Positions 24,693 to 62,268 are shown, counted from the stretch's first letter. The stretch is 64,000 nt of DNA from Octopus bimaculoides (GCF_001194135.2 NC_068995.1:33305218-33369217); one strand, 5' to 3'. Numbers and translations are program-made. Notes: generated by a model not told the origin, from the letters alone.

Positions 24693-25523
24693 ACAAATCA
24701 CACATACACATTATGTTATAGAATAACATGTATACTTTATATGTAAATATTACCCCTGCAGGAAACCAGTGGTTCTCTGTCCTAACACTGGCATCTCATT
24801 ATCTACATTTTGGTCAAGAAGGTAGATTCCACTAAATATTCTCTGTGAGATCTGAATGTTGGATAGACCACCATACATACCCCTTGATGACACTCGAAAG
24901 CACCAAACTTCAAGAGGCTTAATTACAGCAATTTTGACAACCATAATATTTGTAAAAACTTTTACCATTCAAGTTGCCAAATTGGAAGTTCGAAGGAACT
25001 TCTAATTGCTAAACAGATCATTGTAACTGCAAGAATATGTTTACTAATGAAGTTAGTAAACATTTGGGAGCTGAATGACAAATGGTTTTCCTCATACTCT
25101 AAGAAGCTGCTGTACTCTAAGAAGTACAGTACTATTGCTGTCCCTTGGTGGGAAATCTTTTATCATACCAACACCAGCATGATTGACTCCATACCACACT
25201 GCTTATTGTTTTAAGTAATTACACCTACCTACACACTTAGCAAAAGCATAGTACAGGTTACCAAGCTATATTTGCTCACAAGTGACAGCTGGCTGTACTG
25301 TGCTCATTATATACAGTACATATGCATGCACACACACTATATGTGCGTGTGTGTATAATGAATATATATTGAGAGGCAAGCAGAAAGTTGAAATGCAGTA
25401 GTAGCTTCCCCCCCATCTCTCTCTCTCTCTCTCTTTGAAATAGAGGGAGATAGGAGAATGATAGTAATGACTGCGACAATTTGATAAATTGTATCAAAAC
25501 AGTGCTAAGTAATATCAGAGTTT

Positions 25524-26327
25524 GGACCTTTGTGGTTTGACGGGCAACATTTTTTTATGTAGTGTTTTTGGTACCGAAACACTTTCAAACTTCGTATACT
25601 TGTATATTTTGTGGTATAGAACAGATAATAAATTTTGTATTCGAAGTTATTTCACGTTAAAAATTGTCTTATTTCGATAATTTCAACTAATCACTGACGT
25701 CTATTCAGTTGAAAACAGTTAGCGCTGTAACGGTGTATATGGTATTAATCCCTGTTAGTTCTGACATTTCCGATTAACTAGACTGTTCATAAACAAAGGG
25801 GGAAAAGCCATCAAAATACTTGAATATTGCCTGCACTTGTTAGTTATTGGAGCTACCAGAATTATTAATGCACCTCCACCAAGTGCTTCATTTCCTAGAA
25901 ATAGCAGCCAAATCTTCTTCAAATCAAACTCTAGTTTAGGGTTAGGGTTCGGGTTTTAGAGTTAGGGTTGGGGTTAGGGTTATGAGTGAGGTTATGGGAA
26001 AAATATACACACACAGATACGCACAGCGTAATTTATTATATAAACAATATATGCGTATAAATTACGATTAAACCGGATGAAATATGTCACAGGGAATAAC
26101 ATTTTTATGACCGGCTGGCACCGACTGTATTCAGCTGAATAGACGTCAGTGATTGGTTGAAATTACAGAAATGCGACAACTTTAACATGAAATAACTTGC
26201 GATGTACAATTTTTTGTTAAGAAGGCTAAGAGAAAAAGTTGTTTTGTATGACACATTCTACCAGTGTCTCAAGTTTGAAAGTGCTTCGTTAAGAAAACAA
26301 GTGTTGCCCGTCAAATCACAAAGATCC
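25524..26327. mobile_element. Inverted-repeat element (~200-bp imperfect TIRs) with an internal TTAGGG-like tract at about 25935-25985
   Basis: TTTGACGGGCAACA and AATCACTGACGTCTATTCAG at left are inverted at 26300-26320 and 26128-26155. Confidence 0.8.
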
Positions 26328-26674
26328 CAGAGTTTTTCCCCTTTGATTAATTTACGAGTATTTCATAAACATCTCATGTTAAAAAAAATTATTTTAATTC
26401 AACAAGAGTTTATTCTACACATTGTTTAATTGTACACACTGACTTATTTTTTTATTATATATTTCCTTTCAGAATCCTATCCAGTATGCGCCTCTTTTTG
26501 ATATTCACATTGATTAGTGCTCCCTAGGTTAAACTTTTTTATGGAAATTACTAATGAAGATGATGACTTCGTAATGGATTTTGGTTTACCGTCAACAATG
26601 TTTCTGCTCACTAATAACATAATGTCCTATTCACATTTCCAACAAAAGTTTTTTGAAAATCTGTTTAAACTATA

Positions 26675-26955
26675 GCCGCAGGCGCGGATTTGGTTTGGCG
26701 GAAACTGAAAGAAACCCGTCGTATGTATGTATTATGCATGCGTGCGTGCTGTATGTGTGTGTGTGGAAACACGTGCACCTACCGCTTGACAACCGCTATG
26801 GTTTGTTTATGTCCTCCTGTGTTAGTTTTCTGGCAAAAGTGACCGATAAAATAAGTACCAGGCTTTTGAAAATATGTACTGGCTTGATTTGTTCGACTAA
26901 AACCATTCAAGGTGGTGCCCCAGCATGACCAAAGTCCAATGGCTGAAACAAATAA
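26675..26955 (+). mobile_element. SINE family B, truncated
   Basis: GGAAACTGAAAGAAACCCGTCGTATG…GGTGGTGCCCCAGCATG. Confidence 0.8.
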
Positions 26956-27535
26956 ATGATTATACTTGGGTAAATATTTTATTCCTAAACACCTAGTGGC
27001 CCACCTCATACAACCGACTTGACATTTGCTGCCCCTTCCAAGCTCACAATGCCGCTAATGTGACGCTACCATTCAAGTTTTAAAAAAACACCTATTTAAA
27101 TCATGCAGTGGAGGAAAAGACTACAGATTTATATTCACAGTAACATTAGATAACATACAATCATCAATACAAAATCGGTTTCTAAATTCCAATAATGTAT
27201 ATTTGAAGGGATTCCACAGGTTACTATTTACATGCATTTATTGATACATGTAAGACTCTGGTTAACTGAAATAGAAGAAACACACTTTGTTGTAAATAAT
27301 TTCTTAAGTGACCATTTAAATTTTTTTTTAAACTTCAAAGGGAATTTTATTTCCGTTGAAGTATCTTGTGGAAACTTGTTTGTATTATATTTTAATTAAT
27401 CCGTTATTGATTTGCACCAATCAAAAATTTTTATCTTCTGCATGGAGAATATTTTCCATGACAATTACTCCTGTAACAAGTCTTTCTACATTTGAGTGTA
27501 CACGAACATGTTAAAGTATATTATCGTCATATATA

Positions 27536-27805
27536 TAAGACTCCCTTCCGTCATGAATGACCATGGGATTGCACCTAGAAAGTTCCTCTCTGAGGCACAA
27601 GTCCAGACACGGTTATTTGTGGAAGACCAATGCACACCAGCCTTCCCTCTCCACGCCACCGATGTTATCCAAGACAAAGACCAATACAACTTGGCAGAGT
27701 GAACTAGAGTAACGTGAAATAAATTGTCTTGCCCAAGAACACAACACAGCATAGTCCAGGAATCAAATTCACGATTCTAAGCCCGACACTCTAACCAGTA
27801 AGCCC
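27536..27805 (-). mobile_element. SINE family C
   Basis: Reverse complement of 20486-20772. Confidence 0.82.
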
Positions 27806-28311
27806 TTAATATTATGACGTATTTCGTAACTTATTTGAAGATATTGCACACTCACGGGTAAAACTCAGAGTAGTAACAGAATGTCTCAACCTAAATAAAG
27901 TATGTTTTTAATCTCTAATAAGGTATCGAGTGCTCTTTTCTGCAACAGTCAACACTAAACGCGCGCACACACACACACGCACACATATGTAGTTGTCCAA
28001 TAAGTTTTCAAAAGTTGAGGAAAAAATACTAGGTATATTTTGTAAATTAACAATCATTGTACATGGCTGATTAGAAGAGTATAAGTTGGGATCTTTGTTG
28101 AAGGAGGCCTGAAATCTCCATCTGATTTATGAGTTGTCAGGGATGCAAAAACAAAAGTGGAATGAATCATAAGGATGAAAAAGACAGTTAAAACGCAGTA
28201 AAAAATTTTTTTATTCAAAGCTAGTTCTTAAGTCCACCAGAGTTACACCCCTTAGACTAATCTTTGATATTGTCCTGCACATCAGCATTCGAGTGGCAAT
28301 TGGGCACCCCA

Positions 28312-28530
28312 ATAAGGTGACGAGCTGGCAAAAACGTTAGCACGCCGGGCGAAATGCTTAGCGGTATTTCGTCTGTCTTTACGTTCTGAGTTCAAATTCC
28401 GCCGAGGTCAACTTTGCCTTTCATCCTTTCAGGGTTGATAAATTAAGTACCAGTTGCGAACTAGGGTCGATCTAATCGACTAGCCCCCTCCCCAAATATT
28501 TCGGGCCTTGTGCCTAGAGTAGAAAAGAAT
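28312..28530 (+). mobile_element. SINE family A, young CpG-intact copy
   Basis: Many CpGs retained; A-box TGGCAAAAACG, B-box GAGTTCAAATTCC. Confidence 0.9.
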
Positions 28531-28589
28531 TAGACACCCCAGTTTTTGTACATATGATTGTGGTATGAAGAAGAAGGATGAGGTGGAGA

Positions 28590-31500
28590 GGGTGGGGAAA
28601 GATAGAGATGGTGTAGAGAAATGGGGATGAGCTTTTGAAGGACAAATTTGGTTATATACATGTTTGTGTGAGCATTGACTGTAGAGGATTTGCAAGGACT
28701 AGGAACAAATGAAGTGAGCATGCTTCACTGAACGTGTAATGTTAATGTGCAGAAATGACAGAGTACAAATGAACTGAGAGAAAAGCTGGATATTAGAGGA
28801 CTCAGATGTAGTATGCAAGAGAGAAGACTACATTAGCATGAACATGTGATGCCTATAGATGATGACTAGTGCATAAATATGCAAGCACTTTTTATGCACC
28901 TATCATCATCTATATGCACTGACAAGAGAAAGACTCAAGATGTTGTGGAACAAAGTAATGACAACTAATCCCAAGATGCTGAACCTCACAAAAGAAATGA
29001 CAAGGTATTGCAATGATTGGTGACATGCAGTTCTAGAGGAGTCCTCTACTCCTGTGCAAGCTTGGCAACAGAACACTTAAACATTGGTGATGGTGGATGG
29101 GATGCTCTCACTGTACTCACCCTCTGTTTCCATTCCCAACTCTATGGCACCCTCCCTTCTACCTTTCTTTCACAGCTTCTTTGTCAATTCACTCTTTCAT
29201 CCCTCACTCTCTGTCCCCTTGCTGTGTCTCTTGCTGACCTCTCCTCATGGCTCACCAACTTCTCAACATTCTCTGTCTCCACCACCACTTACCCCTACTG
29301 ACCTAAATATCTGGGAGACAATCGCCAAAGACTGCCCAAAGCGGTAGTGTGTCATCAACAAGGGGACAGACCAGATGGAAAATAACAGACGTCAAGAGGC
29401 TGAGATCATTCATCAATGACATAGAGTAACTTCCTCATTCCCAGCCAAACCCCATCCCCTGCAATAAATGCCCCCAGCTCTTCTATACCATCCTTGGCCT
29501 GAACAGCTACCTCAGGCACCATCATTCTTTACACCCATCAGGATGAAGAGGCTCAATCACCCACTACAGATTAACTGCTCAGTTAATGTTACCACCGATG
29601 ACAAATGAAGGATAGCACTAGATCATCCCACTTCACATGTCCTTGTCATTTCTTCACTCTCTTACAAACCTCTAGCATTCATTTTTCTCTTCCATTACTT
29701 ACCCACACCACCCTCTCTTTAGTTATCCTCTCCTTTCTACTTTTTTGCAATAATATCCCATCATATCTCAACACTTCAATTTAAGCTCAGTTTATATCAC
29801 CATTCTCTCTTCCATTCTCCCTTTCAATCATGAAGACTTTCCAGTCCTAATGTCATGATAAAATTCATCCATACACTCTGTTAAATGGTTGATAAATCAA
29901 GAAGAGACACTGTATAGTTGAGAGGTTTTTTAGTCTTGCCAAGGGCATGACAACCTCTGTAGTACTGGTATCATGAGGAAATGCACCCAGTACACTCTGT
30001 AAAGTGGTTGGCGTTTGAAATGGCATCCAGCCATAGAAACTGGGCTAAAACTGAAATGACCAAGTGAAATGTGGTCCTCTGAATCATCTAACAGGATAGT
30101 AACTCTGAATAAGAACTGACTCAGGCCATAATGAACCATCCAACTCATACCAGCATGGAAAAGCATAGAAAATTATGATGACAAGGGGGAGGATCAAAAT
30201 ATCTGGTAAAGCAGTATTACTGATTAATGAATAGCTAATTAAGTAATAGAAAAAAACGTTATATCATATGACTGTCAAAGCAATATCATTCTAATCTGCT
30301 ACAAACTCAAAGGAAATGCATTTGAGAGAGGTAGTTGCAGAGACATGAAACTGTTGGACAAGGTTATGAAGGTTGTGGGAAGAATTAGAGCATAATTGAT
30401 CAGAAACAGAATTAACTAAGATGAAAGATAATCTGGTTTTATAGCTACAAGAATTACCACAGATTTCATCTTCCTAATGAAACAATAGCAGAACATTTTA
30501 GCCTAGCATTCAACCACATATTGCTCTGTAATCTGATAGTTACTAAAAGACTTATATACAGATGAATGGCTTGTGAGGGTTGTACAAACTATTTGCAAAG
30601 ATGCAATCAGCAAAGTGGGAGTCAGCAATGTCTTTAGCTTAATGGTAAAGTTCACCAAATCTCAGTCTTTAGATCCCTCCAATCCATTATAGTTCTAAAT
30701 GCCATCATGAGGAAATTTAAGAGCAGCTGTCTATAGATCCTTCTATAGCTGATGATGTAGTTCTTATTACTGAATCTATACTGGAATTAGTGAAAAAATT
30801 CCAGATGTGGAAGCAAATTAAGAGACATCAAGGTAAGCATAGCAAAGATTGAAATGTGAGGTAGGAAGAAGACAGGGCACTGTTACCATGAGGGAAGTGT
30901 TCTTACTCAAATGAAAGTTTAAGTTATGGATACACAAGAAGTGTTGTGAAATCACATGCAGACTAACACAGAAGACAGGTTTTATGAGTGGCAGATGCAC
31001 AGGAACATTAAACACTAAGAGTACACTGAAAATTGAGTCTCTTACTTTCCCAGAAGGTCCACTAGAAGCAGATGATACCTTCTGTTATCTACATGACATA
31101 ATTTGCAGTGGAGGCAGTTGTTCCATATGTATAGTAGCCAAAGTAGGAACAGACTGAGTAAAGTTCAGGGAACAATTACTTCTGCTGGCAACAAAGAACT
31201 TCTCCCTCAGGGTGAAGGGCAGATTGTATGATAGTTGTGTTCAAACTGCAAAGCTGCAAAGTAGTGAGACATGGGCCTTAAATTTAGAAGACTTGTGAAG
31301 AAAGAAATGAAGTAAGCATGTTATGTTGGTGGATTAATGTTTGCATGCATAAATATCAGTTGAAAACTAGAGGGAAAATTCCAAGGGTCTATAACTGAGA
31401 GGCCTAAAACTAAACCTAGCAATGATAAAAGTTTTTGTTAACAAAAAAGAATACAGACTCTAATTGTCATCTAAGAGATCACCATGCTTGATATGCAGAA

Positions 31501-31720
31501 AACGAGTACTCAAAGTTAACTGTAGGTGCACAAAAGATGCTGCGAGATCACAGAGAGACTGATAAAGAAGGACGTTGTGTGTAGCACAGCTTGGGTTGAA
31601 AAAGTCCAGGGAAATATCTCTGTTGGTAAGTAAGGGCTTCTCTCACCAAGTGAAGGACAGGTTGTCTGATACATGTGCACATAAGGTACTATTGTCTGAT
31701 GGCAAAAAAATGAGCATTGA
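28590..31720. mobile_element. Cluster of decayed RTE LINE fragments in both orientations
   Basis: + strand: STNELREKLDIRGLRCSMQERRL (~28760), C2H2 end PCNKCPQLFYTILGLNSYLRHH (~29455), DEWLVRVVQ (~30560), YADD-like ctatagctgatgat (~30744), VKGRLYDSCV…SETWAL (~31210). Confidence 0.78.
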
Positions 31721-32114
31721 ATGTGAAATATTTCTGAGGTAAATATGTTCTGCTGGATGTGTAACTGTAGCGGTCACAAATACTGAAGCTCAGATAAACT
31801 GAAAGAAAAACTGACATTTTTTCAAGCGTTACCAACCTAGTGAGAAGATTGATCTGGGTGGAGAAGTTATGTTAGTTCAAGTGAATAGAAGCTGTTGTAG
31901 TAGTGATAGAAGAGGTAGAGAGGAAACAGCATCTATCAGCTAGATTTTGGGACTGAATCATTGTCAATCAGTTGAATGGCTTTCTTTTGGATTCAGATGT
32001 TTGCGTACAGCACTTTCCAATGTGTTTGAGCAGGACTAGTGTGGGTTTCATTTGAGCTTAGTAAGTGATCAGGGCTCAAGTATTTTCTGAGAGGTAATAT
32101 TTATCCCCCACCTT

Positions 32115-32445
32115 CCGCTGAGGTCGACTTTGCTTTTCATCCTTTTGGAAGTACCAGTTGGACACTGGGGAGGTGAGGTAATCGACTTAGCCCTTTCCTC
32201 AAACTTACGGGCCTTGTGCCAAAATTTGAAATCAATATTTATCCCCACTAAAGTAGTGAGCTGGCAGAATTGTTAGCACACCGGGCAAAATACTTAGTGA
32301 CATTTCATCCATCTTTACATTCTGAGTTCAAATTCTGCCAAGGTCAACTTTACCTTCCATCTTTTCAGGGTTGATAAAATAAGTACCAGGTGATGTAATC
32401 AACTTACTCCTTCTCCCAAATTGCTGGCATTGTACCAAAATTTTA
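32115..32445 (+). mobile_element. Two adjacent SINE family A copies (first 5'-truncated)
   Basis: Units at about 32115-32235 and 32250-32445. Confidence 0.85.
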
Positions 32446-33728
32446 AAATTAATATTTATCCCTATTTAAAAGTGGATGTTCTGTTAGAACAAACTATACT
32501 GTGGTAGTTACCATGAGAGAAACTCTAATATTGGCTTTTGTTACAATGTGCACAGTTTATATCACAGTGAGAAGACAGATCCCCATTACTGAGACCACCA
32601 GATCACATGATTTCAACCTTCCTTGGTCTCATCAATGCACTCTCGTCAAGAACACAATTTGCACCAAAAGCCATGGCAACTACTGCAGTATAGTTTGCAT
32701 TAACAGAACATCCATGTTTAGGTATTATACTTCTCAGTATTAATACTGCATCTGTCGCTAATATATACTTTTTATCAAGTATTTCTATGTTCAAAAGATG
32801 AAAGCTGGAGATGTTTCATATTTAAGGTTGTCATGAAGCCTAGCATGTATTGACATTATCAAAATCTTTGGCTGTGCCTTGTATTGCAACCATTCTTTAC
32901 TTGAGAGTGCATGCATGATTTTTCATAATGCTGTAGGTATTAATACTAGTAGTATCAATACCTAGTAACTTTTCTGACAAACTTGAATAAAAATCATGAC
33001 AAATGAAATTTTTCCTGATTTCTGTAAAACCAGGAAACAATTTCAAACTAACCAGGATGCTGGCACTCTGGGACAATGCCGAATAAGACTGGGACGAGTG
33101 GCAACCCTGTTAATATGTGGCACTTTTCTATATCCACTGTGTTGTCTCTCTGAGCAAGAGCAACCCCATAACAACAAAAGCAACAATAACAATAAAACTA
33201 GAAACATTCCTAAGAAATTATGAAAATAAATTTGAAACGATTTAATGATTTTACCGAAGAGAATATTAAATTAGGCAATGATTCGGTATTAGTAGACGAC
33301 GTCATTCACCCATACAACCTTCCTTCATAAGGTAAAGAGGCGAAGCTGAAACAGAAGGTGAATGACATCGTTTCTTCATACTGACACTCTGGAGACCAAT
33401 ACCGAAGGATCGCTTTACATTAATATATTTCCATTTAACATTTAATAAGTGATTTAAACAGTTACATCTTCGTTCCACTTACTCTGAACACCCAAGCTTA
33501 TTTTCCCCAGATTGTTTAGTTTAATTTTTTTTAGTCCTGCAGATACATGTTCCTAAAAACCAAGGATCACCCATTTTATTAATACCGAAGATACATTTGT
33601 TTTGCTTGAGCAAATTGCTGCGGGATAGGGTGTCATCAAATGACAAAAAGAATATCACTTTTCGCGTAAACTTGATTAGGAAAGATTCAACTTCGTTAAA
33701 ACTGTAGACGGACGAAACGAGTCTAGTT

Positions 33729-33853
33729 CAATAGTTCCCAACATTTTCACTACCAAGGACCCCTTTTATTTAAATGAATTTTCCCACGGACCCCAGGATA
33801 TTGAAAGATCTGTCAGCTTAACATGCTCACGGACCAAAGGTTGGGAACTACTG
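33729..33853. mobile_element. hAT-type MITE, 125 bp, with perfect 8-bp TSD GTCTAGTT
   Basis: TIRs CAATAGTTCCCAAC / GTTGGGAACTACTG; TSD at 33721-33728 and 33854-33861. Confidence 0.92.
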
Positions 33854-34304
33854 GTCTAGTTCAACGCGGATGTTATTGATTGATTCATGATCTTTAAATA
33901 CGTTATGAAGACACTCGCTTTTTAAATCGTTGCGCCTTTTAAACATAAGTCTGTGGATAAGGACTAACGTGGTGCTACACAACGAAATTCAACATGGGGT
34001 TGAACTTTTTTCAGATCACACAAAAGCTATTTCGCACATCTTCCAGGAAAATTTTGTAGGCATTTATAAAAGGCTACCACTTTACTGAGTATCATTAATC
34101 AATAGCGACCGCATAACGATTCCCTTGTCGGCTCATACTTACAACCTTTAGAGATCGTTTGTTAAAATAGAAAACGTATCTTCAATTGAGAGATATATGA
34201 TCAACAAGAAAGTGTCTTCATAACATAGTATTCAACGTTGTACTTTTAGTGCCTTAAGTTACAACTGATTGTGCAATATTAGGAATTGACATTTAGTTTC
34301 GATT

Positions 34305-34440
34305 TTTTTATATGTAGAATTAAAATCCCGCTGAGGTTGACTTTTCCTTACATCCTTTACAATTAACTAGCGAAGGACTGGAGTCGATTTAGTTGGCTAT
34401 CCCAGATGGAAATTGAATTTCTTGAGCCTAGTTTCGAAAT
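34305..34440 (+). mobile_element. Degraded SINE family A fragment ~90 bp upstream of the TRIP4 ATG
   Basis: CGCTGAGGTTGACTTTTCC…CATCCTTT…CTGGAGTCGAT. Confidence 0.6.
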
Positions 34441-34525
34441 TGCTGAAATTCAACCATAAATTCTCATTATTCTTCCTCTTTGCAAGGAAGATCGTCTCCT
34501 CAAGGGCAGATAACTTATATTAAAC

Positions 34526-58657
<24,132 letters not shown>

Positions 58658-58905
58658 ATTGCTAACATCAGTAGTCATTCTATTATGCTTACAATCTCTG
58701 CTGACATTAACTGCATAAATGATATATATTGCATTCAGCCTTAAAAATTAAAACAACTGGGGATCTACATAAAAAAATACATTTTATTTTTGTATTCTAA
58801 TTATATTAAATTTATAGATCTCAAGTCTGGTTTCCAATGGTTACACTGTTTATATATTTGTTTTGTTTGTTTGTTTGTTGTTTTTCTGGCAATCCAAGAG
58901 ATAAA

Positions 58906-58911
58906 AATAAA
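58906..58911 (+). terminator. Candidate polyadenylation signal AATAAA for TRIP4
   Basis: First canonical AATAAA noticed about 250 nt after the stop codon; no transcript evidence. Confidence 0.35.
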
Positions 58912-59269
58912 TCTCAACTCTATACAGTTCAAACTGCCTGTTACATGAGGTCTTGACCAGTTATTTCTTGTTATTTTAGTTTAGTTTACTCATCTGTTTT
59001 ATAGATGAGTTTTGTATTGAAGAGGCTTTGCAGGTTTCTCTTAAACATTATAGTTCATTAAAGTATCACAGTTGTCATTACTCAATATTTAAATGGTTTT
59101 GTTAATGGTTTGTTTGCTATAAATGCCAAAGTTTAGATTTTAGCCAAAAAAATTGCTGTTCTTGAGAATTAATCCTAATACAATGAACCTATATTGAAAT
59201 ATGTTTCTGTAGATGTTTCTCAGTATTATTTGATTTCTTTGCACTTGAACACTGAGAAGGGGTATGCAT

Positions 59270-59810
59270 GAGTGATGGAAAGTAGGAGGCTGAATTAAAT
59301 TCTAGAATTACAGGTGCTGGCACAGTAATGCACCAGCTCCAGCATTCGATCTTCCAAATAAGGAGAGGTTGGTAAAAAATTCAAACTTGCTATCTTCAGT
59401 TCAGTTTTTGTCCTTATCCTCACCTATGTTCATGAATGTTGGGTACTGACCAAAAGAGTAAAGTCATGAATTCAAGCAGCCAAAATGGGGTTCCTCTAAA
59501 GAGTCTCTGGACTAATATTACTTGATAAGGTGCTTAACTCAGAGATCGAAAAGTTTCTCCAGGTTGAGCTGCATTGAGAGGTCACAGCTGCAGTGCTATG
59601 GACTTGTGATTAGAATGTCGCAAGATAGATTCTTCAAGCCCTAGCTAGAGATCTCGAGGCAGATCAAGAATGAGATGGTTGAATAATATCCATAGTCTCA
59701 GTTGGTTATACTTGGAAATCCAGTCAGAAAGTGTAATGACAGTTGTTTACTGATAGGACCCTATGAAGGAGTGTCTGAGGACCCTACCTCTACAGGTCTT
59801 CCATGAATAG
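59270..59810 (+). mobile_element. Decayed RTE LINE 3' fragment of a second subfamily (Expander/Rex3-like)
   Basis: ITGAGTVMHQL…FVLILTYVHECWVLT…IQAAKMGFL…IERSQLQCYGLVIRM remnants. Confidence 0.75.
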
Positions 59811-60822
59811 TGGATGGAGAAGGTGGGTGAATGGGCTTTACATTTGTCTGAAAACTTGAAAAATTTTCTTGGTTAAACATACTAAATTTAATGAAATCTA
59901 GTCACATTTCCAATGATATTGAATAAAAGCTGCTACTAAAACACACACATGAAATTCTGATATTTGCACAAAATTCATTAAAGCAATTCCAATATATGAA
60001 ACCTGTGATATTAACTTCTTAACACTCTAGAATTGATTTTTCAATTCTGTTCCAAAATTAGCCTAATCTAAACTTTGTCAAACTAGTAACTTCATAATCC
60101 ATATTATTGTATTTGATATTACATTCTATGTAGTCCAGTCTCTAATTACCTTAGGTGTACTCACCCCCCCTCCCTCTATTTATGTAGTTATTTGCTTTGC
60201 AGTCATGTCTAGAATTCAGTCCAGCTACTTCTTCCTACTAAACATCAACCTGAGCAATTCCTTGTAAGTGGTTGACAGAAGTTGTACGTGTGTGAATGTT
60301 GCCAGTTTCACTTCTTCACATGAGACCAGCTTAGGCAAATACAGTAATGCCACGTTTACACGGCCTGTAGCTCTAGCCTTTCAGAGTTTAGTTTAAGGGG
60401 AAAAAACGTTTCTTGGAAAACAGATAAGGGTTGGTGACTGGAAGAGCATCAGGTCATATAATACTATCTCAAATAAGTGTCAATTCAACTAGTCCCATTA
60501 TGGGAAAATAGATGTAAAGTGAACAAACAAATTCACATTTCCTTAAACTGGATTTGAATACGAAACAAAACATTTCATTCTAATGCTGTCATTCTTTGTC
60601 AAAAACAAAAAAAAACAAAAATTGGAAGATGAGCTTAATAATCAAAATTTTAAATTGTTGAAATAGCTTACCTCAGAAATAATTTAACTATAGAATTGTC
60701 TAATGAGGTAATATTTTTATTCCAAAGCCACCTTTTGGAGTTATTTGTCAGTATTCCAGTTCCTTAGTAATTGTCCTGGATATTATAAACAACAAAAAGA
60801 ACAACTGCCTCAGGCAGGTCTT

Positions 60823-61443
60823 TATATATAAGGGAAGTCAAAAATTATCCGCACTTCCATGTAATATATCTTCATAATTGTCACACTGCCTTCTGTGCAT
60901 GCGTGCTTACAGTTGGTACTATTATGATCATGTGACGGAAGTTTGAGCCTGATTGCATCATTTTTCTTTTTGGCTTTACAGTGTAAACATGGCCACTCCA
61001 CTAGCAATGTGCACCAAAGAAGAACAAAGAGCAGTAGTCCGAAAGATGGTAATGGTGAACCGGTTCAGCATTACCATCTCTCAATCTTGCTGAATCTTTA
61101 CGTCCTCTTCATGCGTCATGCTTGTCCAGCCACTTTTAAACGTCTCAGTCCACTCGTACACACTTCTAAATGGTAGTGCACTGTCCCTGTATTGTGTTAA
61201 AAGCCTCTGATGAATTTCAGCACATGGCTGGCACACCTTCTAACCAGAGAAATCAGATCACTGCTCTTTGTCCACATTGCTAGTGGAGTGGCCATGTAAA
61301 GCTAGAAAGAAAAATGGCGTGATCTGGCTCAAATTTCGATCATGTGACCACAATAGTACCAACTATAAGTAGGCATGCGCAGAAAGCAGTGTGACAATAA
61401 TAAAGATATTTTATGTCGAAAGTTTCTCCACCCCTATATATAT
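60823..61443. mobile_element. TA-flanked inverted-repeat element (Tc1/mariner-like MITE), ~180-bp TIRs
   Basis: About 60831-61020 matches the reverse complement of 61265-61435 (CATGGCCACTCCACTAGCAATGTG / CACATTGCTAGTGGAGTGGCCATG); TATA at both ends. Confidence 0.8.
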
Positions 61444-61489
61444 AAGTAATTACTTGAACCATTTTCTGATTCCCTCATTCATATGGCCC

Positions 61490-61645
61490 TTTATGTTTAG
61501 AGCTCCAATCTCCCTAAAATCATTTTTGCCTTTTACTCTTCCATGGCTGATAAAATAAAGTACCAGTTAAGTACTGGAGTTGATATAACCAACTACACCC
61601 TCCTCCAAAGTTGAGGACTTGTGCCTATAATTGGGAGTAGAAAGG
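61490..61645 (+). mobile_element. SINE family A, 3' part
   Basis: GATAAAATAAAGTACCAG…CTTGTGCCTATA. Confidence 0.7.
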
Positions 61646-62258
61646 AAATGTCAAACATTGTCTTTGGTTTTAAAATTAATATTTTTATCATAGGGTTTAA
61701 TTTTGAATCTTGTTTATTATCCAGTTCATTATTTCATTTTAAATCCAACTTTCTTAATCATAGTTGGATAATCGTAGCTAAAATTAATATTTTAGCACTT
61801 TATTTTTATCATCATATTTATTTATTTATTATAATTAAATTACTCCAAAATTTATATTTTTTATAACCAGCTTTTCTCATAAAAGATATATTGAACAGGA
61901 GAAAACCAATTTTTATGTAGCCATTTATTAACAAATAAATGTGTTAATGGCCTCTAAACAATAGTGTTTTTAATTGAAGTAACAATGAATCAATGTGCCA
62001 CATCTATTAATCAACATAACATTAAGATAATCTGTTTATCAATCTTTTCTTTAAGAGTTGAACTTATGACTTCATTGTGAGCTTTATTCCTCTTTTAATT
62101 AGATAAAAAATTTGGGGGGTTTTGATAGCATTAAACTTAAAACCAGCTTTTGTATTGGAGGAATGTAAGATTGAATTTCATTTTCCTACCCACAATCTCT
62201 AAAATAGCAAAATTAACAAAGAACTGTTGCTACAACTGTTTCTGTAGCATTAAAGACA

Positions 62259-62268
62259 NNNNNNNNNN
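62259..62268. other. Assembly gap (N)
   Basis: Run of n. Confidence 0.99.

Larger units (their letters stand above)
33250..34525. promoter_or_regulatory. CpG-retaining promoter region of TRIP4, possibly bidirectional
   Basis: Visibly more CG dinucleotides than flanking introns (by eye, not computed); lies directly upstream of exon 1. Confidence 0.5.

Noticed and set aside
7789-24820. Isolated plus-strand exon candidates (about 7789, 15688-15746, 24762-24820)
   Set aside because: Short AG…GT segments with no homology or coherent chain; expected by chance in AT-rich DNA.
32480-32940. Moderately complex stretch with ORFs on both strands
   Set aside because: Only faint resemblance to RT motifs (KHGCSV versus KQGCVL); cannot be called.
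60673-60777. Minus-strand exon-like segment with good acceptor and GTAAGC donor
   Set aside because: Stops in all three frames; could be non-coding but no support.
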